15,517 nucleotides of DNA from positions 1 through 15,517 of the forward strand of contig CAVSNY010000001.1 of assembly GCA_963729605.1 (NCBI GenBank), in the 5' to 3' direction. Shown piece by piece: positions 9,779-15,517 of this stretch (position 1 is its first letter; each line of letters starts with the position of its first letter). Source of the DNA: an uncultured Gammaproteobacteria bacterium. Lineage in GTDB: Bacteria > Pseudomonadota > Gammaproteobacteria > DRLM01. The notes below the pieces were generated by a model, which saw nothing but the letters and a program-made list of their open reading frames with translations, did no database searches and was not told the DNA's origin. The position numbers were made by a program, and so were the translations under genes.

Positions 9779-11155
9779 TCATGATGCCATCGCCAAGACA
9801 CTGCGACGACGGCTATATAAAAAATAGACGACCAAACCCAAGGCCATCCAGAGAAAAAACCGGACCCAGGTGATCCAGGGCAGACTGAACATCAGATAGC
9901 CGCAAAACAGAATGCCCAACACCGGTATCAAGGGACTCCACGGCGTCTTGAAGGGGCGCGGCAATTCCGGGCGGGTATAACGCAAATAAATCACGCCCGC
10001 GCAGACCATCATAAAGGCGGCGAGGGTCCCGATGTTCACCAACTCCGCCACCGTGCCTATCGGCAGAAATCCGGCGATCAAGGCCATGATGATCCCGCTG
10101 ACCACGATGATCCGCACCGGCGTTTTGCGCGACGGATGCACGGTGGCGAACATCGCCGGCAACAAACCGTCGCGCGACATGGCGAGGAAAATCCGGGTCA
10201 ATCCGTAGTAAAGCACCAGCATGACGGTGGTGAGACCGGCGATGGCCCCCGCGGAAATCAGCGCCGCCGCGCCGCGCTGCCCCAGATCCAATAATGATTG
10301 CGCGACCGGCGACGGCACGTTCAAGGACGTGTAAGGCACGATCCCGGTCAGCAAACCGGCCACGGCTATGTAGATCACCGTACATATCCCCAGCGACGCG
10401 AGTATGCCGATGGGCAGATTGCGCTGGGGTTCGACCGCCTCCTCCGCCGCCGTGGACACCGCGTCGAAACCGATGTAAGCGAAGAAGATCAGTGCCGCGC
10501 CCGCCATCACCCCCTCCCAACCGAAGGGCATGAAGGGCTGCCAATTCGCGGGGTTGACGTTGAACGCCGCCACGCCGATGAACACCGCGATGGCCAGCAG
10601 CTTCACCAGCACCATCGCGGCGTTGAAACGGGCGCTGGCGTGCACGCCGACCGCCAGCAGCACCGCCAACACCAAAATCACCAGGGCCGCCGGCAGATTC
10701 ACCAGACCGCCCGCATCGGGGGCGCTTAACAAGGCCGGCGGCAAATGTATGCCCATCGCCACCAGGGCATTGTTCACGTAACCGGACCAGCCGATGGCCA
10801 CCGCCGGCGTGGCGACCCCGTATTCCAGGATCAGATCCCAGCCAATCAGCCAGGCGATGATCTCGCCGAAACCGGCGTAAGAATAACCATAGGCGCTGCC
10901 GCAGCCGCCGATGGTCGCCGCCAACTCGGCATAGGCCAGGGCGGCGAAGGCGCAGGCGAAACCCGCCACCACATACGAGAGCACGATGCCCGGTCCGGCC
11001 TTGGTGGCCGCCGCCACCCCGGTCAAGACGAAAATCCCCGCGCCGATGATGCAGCCTATGCCGAGCAGGGTGAGATCCGTGGCGTTGAGGCAGCGCCGGA
11101 GACCGGTATCGCAATAGGCGTCCTGATTGATCGGCTTGGTGCGGAACAGACTCAC
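9779..11155 (-). CDS. APC-superfamily amino acid permease (cationic amino acid transporter-like), 458 aa
   Basis: About 12 hydrophobic segments; TM1 GCIIGAGIFVLTG, YAELAA, TM6 FFAYIGFDAVST, RPFKTP; GTG at 11155 preceded by GGAGG. Confidence 0.9.
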   Translation of the reverse strand: MSLFRTKPINQDAYCDTGLRRCLNATDLTLLGIGCIIGAGIFVLTGVAAATKAGPGIVLSYVVAGFACAFAALAYAELAATIGGCGSAYGYSYAGFGEIIAWLIGWDLILEYGVATPAVAIGWSGYVNNALVAMGIHLPPALLSAPDAGGLVNLPAALVILVLAVLLAVGVHASARFNAAMVLVKLLAIAVFIGVAAFNVNPANWQPFMPFGWEGVMAGAALIFFAYIGFDAVSTAAEEAVEPQRNLPIGILASLGICTVIYIAVAGLLTGIVPYTSLNVPSPVAQSLLDLGQRGAAALISAGAIAGLTTVMLVLYYGLTRIFLAMSRDGLLPAMFATVHPSRKTPVRIIVVSGIIMALIAGFLPIGTVAELVNIGTLAAFMMVCAGVIYLRYTRPELPRPFKTPWSPLIPVLGILFCGYLMFSLPWITWVRFFLWMALGLVVYFLYSRRRSVLAMAS

Positions 11156-11298
11156 GATCCCCCCTCCCAGAAGAATTAAAATCGCGGATAATCTTAACAT
11201 GCTTCACTTCTCGATCGGGGCAGAGGCCCCGGCACGCAGGTGTCGCATATCAATATTAAAAGATGCCTTGGGCGCGTCTTTGCCATAAAATGCCGGCC

Positions 11299-11772
11299 AT
11301 GAGCACCAAGAAAAAGTCCGACACCTCCAACCTGATCGCCACCAACAAAAAGGCCCGCCACGACTTCTTCATCGAAGACCACTTTGAAGCCGGCCTGGTC
11401 TTGGAAGGATGGGAAGTCAAAAGCCTGCGCGCCGGCCGCGCCAATCTCACCGAAAGCTACGTCATCATCAAAAACGGCGAGGCTTGGCTGCTGGGCGCCA
11501 CCATCAGCCCGCTGCCCACCGCCTCCACCCACATCCACCCCGATCCCACCCGCACCCGCAAACTGCTCCTGCACCGCGAAGAGCTGGATAAACTGATCGG
11601 CGCCGTGGAACGCAAGGGCTACACCCTGGTCGCGCCCAACCTCTATTGGAAAAAGGGCCGCGCCAAACTCGACATCGCCCTCGCCCTCGGCAAGAAGCAA
11701 CACGACAAACGCGCGACCGACAAGGAACGCGAATGGCGGCGCGAAAAAGACCGGCTGCTCAAAAAACGCTGA
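11299..11772 (+). CDS. smpB: SsrA-binding protein SmpB (157 aa)
   Basis: [44 protein letters not shown]; directly upstream of ssrA. Confidence 0.97.
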   Translation: MSTKKKSDTSNLIATNKKARHDFFIEDHFEAGLVLEGWEVKSLRAGRANLTESYVIIKNGEAWLLGATISPLPTASTHIHPDPTRTRKLLLHREELDKLIGAVERKGYTLVAPNLYWKKGRAKLDIALALGKKQHDKRATDKEREWRREKDRLLKKR

Positions 11773-11805
11773 GGCCCGGTGAAATGCCGGTCCGCGATCC
11801 CGCGC

Positions 11806-11834
11806 TTTGCCGGAACTTGTCACTCCCGTATACT
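11806..11834 (+). promoter_or_regulatory. Sigma70-type promoter of ssrA
   Basis: TTGCCG (11807-11812)-16 nt-TATACT (11829-11834), about 20 nt before the mature tmRNA 5' end. Confidence 0.6.
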
Positions 11835-11853
11835 GTCCCACTCATCACACCAT

Positions 11854-12214
11854 GGGGGCGACAAGGTTTCGACGTGGGTTGCAAAACCTGAGGTGCATGC
11901 CGAGGAGCAGATTACCTCGTAAATCCAGCTGCAAACTTATAGTTGCCAACGACGACAACTACGCACTCGCTGCTTAATACCCAGTAGGGTGCCTTCTCAC
12001 TGAAGCCGTGCCTGTGCGTTCAGGTTCGAGGAGTCATATCTCATAGGATCGCGGGAAAGCTCGTCCGGGGCCGACCCGTTAAACCTATACCGGACTCGCC
12101 GCTGGATCACCCTGCCCGTCGGGAGGCCAGCGGTAAAATTAAAGGCGGGCTAAGCATGTAGGACCGAGGGCGGAGGACTTGCGGACGCGGGTTCGATTCC
12201 CGCCGCCTCCACCA
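11854..12214 (+). ncRNA. ssrA: tmRNA (361 nt); tag frame 11945-11977 encodes (A)ANDDNYALAA
   Basis: 5' GGGGGCG pairs with CGCCTCC-ACCA including the G3:U wobble; T-arm GCGGGTTCGATTCCCGC; TAGTT upstream of resume codon GCC; next to smpB. Confidence 0.97.
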
Positions 12215-12220
12215 ATACCT

Positions 12221-12254
12221 AAAATCCCAACCCTTATCGGTTGGGATTTTTTTT
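12221..12254 (+). terminator. Intrinsic terminator after ssrA
   Basis: AAAATCCCAACC-CTTATC-GGTTGGGATTTT 12-bp stem with an 8-T run. Confidence 0.85.
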
Positions 12255-12290
12255 GCCCGTTCCCCCAGCGTTGGCGCGGCTCCCGGGCTT

Positions 12291-12385
12291 GGTCTCGCGA
12301 GCGCCGCCCCTGCGAAGTCGGCGTTTTCTCCCCCGCTGACGCCTCTCTGTTCTCCGTTTTCTCTGGTGGTCACGCGAGCGTTCTC
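12291..12385 (+). repeat. Direct repeats at the element end
   Basis: GGTCTCGCGAGCG (12291-12303) and GGTCACGCGAGCG (12368-12380), 12/13 identical; six same-strand TCTC motifs at 12293, 12327, 12344, 12351, 12360, 12382. Confidence 0.5.
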
Positions 12386-12476
12386 GAGGCCATTTCCTTT
12401 GCTGGCGCGGGTTTAGATGCGGTCGGTTGTGGTTGGCAACTCCTGTAGCGGTGGCGACCGAGTCCCGAGCGGCCAC

Positions 12477-12499
12477 AAAAAAACCGCCCGTAGGCGGTT
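12477..12499 (-). terminator. Intrinsic terminator of the recombinase operon
   Basis: Minus strand AACCGCC-TACG-GGCGGTT-TTTTT, 22 nt after the last ORF stop. Confidence 0.8.
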
Positions 12500-12521
12500 G
12501 CTGGCGCTGAGCGCGACGCGC

Positions 12522-12995
12522 TCACCCGGGTGGCACGAGCACGCGCATCTGGTCGCCCCAGCCGTTGGGCCAGGGGCGGCGCATCACCTTCTCCAGCACG
12601 GCGTCAGGCGAACCCGCCAGCCGTTCCACGACATCCGGGGCCAGGAGCGTCAGCCGCATGACCCGGCGTACCTGCGTCACGTCCATGCCTTCGGCCTCGG
12701 CGATCTCGGCCACCGATGCCGCCCGCTGCTCATCCAGCAGGCGTTGCCAGTGGTGCGCCAGTCCGAGTGCCCGCATCAACGCGGTGTCCTGCGCAGCCGA
12801 CCGGGCTTCCCGCTCACGGGTGGCCTCGGACAGAAATTCCTGCGGCGCGTCCAAGGGCGTGATGACCTGCTTCTTCAAGCCCCGCTTCACCAGTGCCCAG
12901 GGCACGAAGGTTTCCAGTTGTACGCCGCCAGCCGGGCTCGGCAGTTGATAAGTGACCGGATCACCTTTGAACCGGCCCCGGTGCTTCTTGCTCAT
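12522..12995 (-). CDS. Recombinase-associated HTH-like hypothetical protein B (157 aa)
   Basis: ATGA overlap with upstream stop, GAGGAGG RBS; HTH-like SVAEIAEAEGMDVTQVRRVMRLTLLAPD; similar to the upstream ORF. Confidence 0.8.
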   Translation of the reverse strand: MSKKHRGRFKGDPVTYQLPSPAGGVQLETFVPWALVKRGLKKQVITPLDAPQEFLSEATREREARSAAQDTALMRALGLAHHWQRLLDEQRAASVAEIAEAEGMDVTQVRRVMRLTLLAPDVVERLAGSPDAVLEKVMRRPWPNGWGDQMRVLVPPG

Positions 12996-13363
12996 GCGTC
13001 CTCCTCAAAGCGCTTAACGATCTGCCGTTGCGCCTCCCAATCGACCGGCAGCGGGTTGCGCTGGAACCAGATCAGGTTCATCCGGCGCGGCTGCCGTCCG
13101 GTCATCAGCAGTTCGAGGATGTCGGGCGCGAGCAGGCTCAGGCGCATCAGTTCGTTGGTGACCGAGGGGTGTAAGCCTTCGGCCCGGGCGATCTCCGAGC
13201 CACTCTTCATCTCGCCGGTGTCCACGAGGTGCTGCCAGTAGAAACCGCGTGCCACCCCCTCCAACAGCGTCACATCGTGGACGTGGCGGTCATCGGCGGC
13301 CACGCGCCGCGCGCCCCGGCGGCGGAATGTCAGTGGCACGAAGGTTTCCAGTGTGTCGTCCAT
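12992..13363 (-). CDS. Recombinase-associated HTH-like hypothetical protein A (123 aa)
   Basis: TGATG overlap with the recombinase stop; SGSEIARAEGLHPSVTNELMRLSLLAPD; similar to the downstream ORF. Confidence 0.8.
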   Translation of the reverse strand: MDDTLETFVPLTFRRRGARRVAADDRHVHDVTLLEGVARGFYWQHLVDTGEMKSGSEIARAEGLHPSVTNELMRLSLLAPDILELLMTGRQPRRMNLIWFQRNPLPVDWEAQRQIVKRFEEDA

Positions 13364-14742
13364 CAGGCCTCGACCTCCACCAGTTCTGCGCCGATCCCTC
13401 TCGGGGCGAATTCACCGATCAGGGCGTCCCACCCCAGTTCCCGCCACTTCACCTTGATACCCTGCACCTCGCCGACGTGGACGAGGTCGATGCGCTCGAT
13501 CATCAGGTTGGCGATGCGATGGCGCTCGACCGGGAACAACTGATCCCACACGTCGTTGAGCCGTCCCATCGCCATCACCGTGGTGGCTTCATCGACCTGT
13601 CCGCCGTTGCGCTGGATGTGGCGCACCACCGATGCGATGGATTCTGGGCTGGTCAGCACCGTGCGGATTTGGGCCACCACTGCCGCCTCAATCTCCGGTG
13701 CAGGCAGGCGTTCGTAGCTCTTGCCCGGTGCCCCGAACCGGCTTTCCGACTTGGACACGTAGTAGTGGTACTTGCGCCCGTTCTTGCGTGAGTAGGTTGG
13801 GTACATCCGTTCGCCCGAGGGGGCGTACAGCAGGCCACGCAGCAAGGCGTCGGTGCGCGACCGGATCTTGGTTTCCACCGACCGGGCGTGCCCATCCCTG
13901 GCCAGCACCGCGTGAACCTTGTCCCACAGTTCCCGGTCGATGATCGGCAGGTGAGCGCCGGGGTACCAGTTCCCCTTGTGCGACAACTCGCCCAGGTAGA
14001 TGCGGTTGCGCAGCAGCTTGTGCAGGTACTTTTTGTCGATGCGCGTGCCGTTGCGGGTCTGGCCCTCCTGCGTCGTCCAGGCCTTGGTCGTGATGCCGTC
14101 GGCGGTGAGATTGACGGCGATCTGGGTCGGAGAGCCGATGGTCAGCATCTCCTCGAAGATACGGCGCACCACAGCCGCCTCGGTTTCGTTGATGACCAGG
14201 AGGCGGTTGTCGACGTCGTAGCCCAGGGGCGGGACACCGCCCATCCACATCCCCTTGCGTTTGGCGGCGGCGATCTTGTCGCGGATGCGCTCGCCAGTGA
14301 CCTCGCGCTCAAACTGGGCAAAGGACAGCAGGACGTTGAGCATCAGCCGACCCATCGAGGTGGTGGTATTGAACTGCTGGGTGACCGACACAAAGGACAC
14401 CTCGTGGCGTTCGAACACTTCGACCATCTTGGAGAAGTCGGCCAAGCTGCGCGTCAGGCGGTCGATCTTGTAGACCACCACGATGTCGATCTGGCCGCGC
14501 TCAATGTCCGCCATCAGACGTTTCAGCCCGGGCCGATCCGTGTTGCCGCCGGAGAAGCCTGGGTCGTCGTAGTCGTCGGCCACCGAAATCCAACCCTCGG
14601 ATCGCTGGCTGGCGACGTAGGCGTGGCCCGCCTCCTTCTGCGCGTCGATGGAGTTGAACTCCTGGTCAAGCCGTTCATCCGAGGACACCCGGCAGTAGAC
14701 GGCGCAGCGCTTGCGAGCCTTGGTGCTGGCAATCTCGCTCAT
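13363..14742 (-). CDS. Large serine recombinase (resolvase catalytic domain + recombinase domain), 459 aa
   Basis: YCRVS catalytic serine motif, DDPGFSGGNTDRPGL, YKIDRLTRS, FAQFEREVTGER, GGVPPLGY, LLRNRIYLG, HLPIIDRELWDKV; ATG at 14742 after GGAGGT, ATGA overlap with upstream stop. Confidence 0.92.
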   Translation of the reverse strand: MSEIASTKARKRCAVYCRVSSDERLDQEFNSIDAQKEAGHAYVASQRSEGWISVADDYDDPGFSGGNTDRPGLKRLMADIERGQIDIVVVYKIDRLTRSLADFSKMVEVFERHEVSFVSVTQQFNTTTSMGRLMLNVLLSFAQFEREVTGERIRDKIAAAKRKGMWMGGVPPLGYDVDNRLLVINETEAAVVRRIFEEMLTIGSPTQIAVNLTADGITTKAWTTQEGQTRNGTRIDKKYLHKLLRNRIYLGELSHKGNWYPGAHLPIIDRELWDKVHAVLARDGHARSVETKIRSRTDALLRGLLYAPSGERMYPTYSRKNGRKYHYYVSKSESRFGAPGKSYERLPAPEIEAAVVAQIRTVLTSPESIASVVRHIQRNGGQVDEATTVMAMGRLNDVWDQLFPVERHRIANLMIERIDLVHVGEVQGIKVKWRELGWDALIGEFAPRGIGAELVEVEA

Positions 14743-15188
14743 CGCGCACCTCCCTTGCTCAGGCCAAAGAACAGCGGCCCAGACCAGTGCGCGCCCGTGA
14801 TGTGGCGGGCCACCGCCGTCAGGCTCTTGAAATTGCGCCCCTGGTACTCGAACAGCCCCTCGGCGGTGACCGTCACCCGGTGCTCGCGTTCGCCCCATTC
14901 GCGCAGCAGGATCGTGCCCGGCGCGAAATCGAACTCGCGCGGCTTGGCCCGCAACTTGATCTTGGAGTGTTTCGCGCCGATGGCTTCCAGACGCTGCTTG
15001 ATCTCGGGCGCGAGGCCACCGAAGGCTTCCTCCTGCAGCTTGTAGGCGAGACGGGACTCGACGTGCGTGCGGTTGGGGTAGTCCGGGCGGCGCGGGAAAT
15101 ATCGATCCCACACCGTCCAGAGCTCGGACATCGGCAGGCAGGCCAGCTCCGCGATCCGTGCCGCGACGGATGCTTGTTTGTCGTTCAT
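14739..15188 (-). CDS. DUF2924-like protein (149 aa)
   Basis: LAYKLQEEAFGGL, PGTILLREWG, SLTAVARHITGAHWSGPLFFGL are motifs I recognise from the DUF2924 family found just upstream of serine recombinases; AGGAG RBS; alternative GTG start at 15191. Confidence 0.82.
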   Translation of the reverse strand: MNDKQASVAARIAELACLPMSELWTVWDRYFPRRPDYPNRTHVESRLAYKLQEEAFGGLAPEIKQRLEAIGAKHSKIKLRAKPREFDFAPGTILLREWGEREHRVTVTAEGLFEYQGRNFKSLTAVARHITGAHWSGPLFFGLSKGGAR

Positions 15189-15379
15189 CACAACTTCTCC
15201 TCTTGATAGGGGGTTGTATGAACGCGCTGGTCGGGCAGGAAGCCAAGGCCAACTTCTCTCTGTTTTGGCTCATCCGCAGCAAGGGTGCGGACGATGGCAG
15301 CCGCAAGGATGGCGGCGATTTCGCCAGCACGGGCGCTGGCGCTCATCTCCGTGGGAGATGCGAGTTCGAGGTTCTTCAT
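15188..15379 (-). CDS. Small hypothetical protein (63 aa), first gene of the recombinase operon
   Basis: ATG at 15379 after GGAG; MKNLELASPTEMSASARAGEIAAILAAAIVR; stop overlaps the next start (TGATG). Confidence 0.65.
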   Translation of the reverse strand: MKNLELASPTEMSASARAGEIAAILAAAIVRTLAADEPKQREVGLGFLPDQRVHTTPYQEEKL

Positions 15380-15517
15380 GACGGCTCCGAGGAATTGCAA
15401 CCGTCAGGGATAGTGAGCCTGATCTTCCGAAGCGGATGGCAACGCAGGGTAATCGTGACCGCCAGTCATGAATCCATTGCGCGTTAACGAAACAGTTGAC
15501 AGGGTGCCTCTGACCCT

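Larger units (their letters stand above)
12215..15517. mobile_element. End of an integrated element (genomic island or prophage) at the tmRNA 3' end; continues beyond the window
   Basis: Core synteny stops at the ssrA CCA; a recombinase operon follows within about 300 nt; ssrA is a known integration hotspot. The second att copy is not in the window, so the boundary is inferred. Confidence 0.75.

Noticed and set aside
9813-11207. 464-aa alternative-frame ORF over the permease, plus other long antisense ORFs (e.g. 1740-2591, 2524-3366, 5329-6192, 13888-15045)
   Set aside because: Shadow frames of well-supported genes in GC-rich DNA with no recognisable motifs.
12107-12476. Short ORFs spanning the tmRNA 3' end and element end
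   Set aside because: They overlap the tmRNA and terminators; WWRRRESNPRP is the typical antisense translation of a tRNA-like 3' end.
14743-15330. 196-codon in-frame extension making the recombinase 655 aa, or a frameshift fusion with DUF2924
   Set aside because: The extension overlaps two better ORFs and has shadow-frame composition (Arg/Ala/Gly/Pro rich). ATG 14742 has a strong RBS and an ATGA overlap, and I saw no slippery heptamer. Stop-free frames are common at high GC.

Overview
GC-rich gammaproteobacterial chromosomal segment with two parts. Bases 1-12254 are conserved core: hrcA-grpE-dnaK-dnaJ (minus strand; perfect CIRCE operator and two sigma32-type promoters), nadK-recN, fur/bamE, rnfH(ratB)-ratA, an APC amino-acid permease, smpB and tmRNA (tag ANDDNYALAA). 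dnaJ and the 3' 60% of dnaK carry about ten or more small indels confined to bases 1-2590, most likely sequencing errors. A four-hairpin MITE-like insert lies between bamE and rnfH. From the tmRNA 3' end to the window edge is the end of an integrated element. It has no adjacent tyrosine integrase. Instead it carries a five-gene, translationally coupled operon pointing at ssrA: a 63-aa protein, a DUF2924-like protein, a large serine recombinase lacking zinc-ribbon cysteines and most of the coiled coil, and two paralogous HTH-like proteins. A repeat-rich non-coding end follows. This multi-component recombination module is the best candidate for a poorly described system. Family calls come from motif recognition by eye; no database searches were run.
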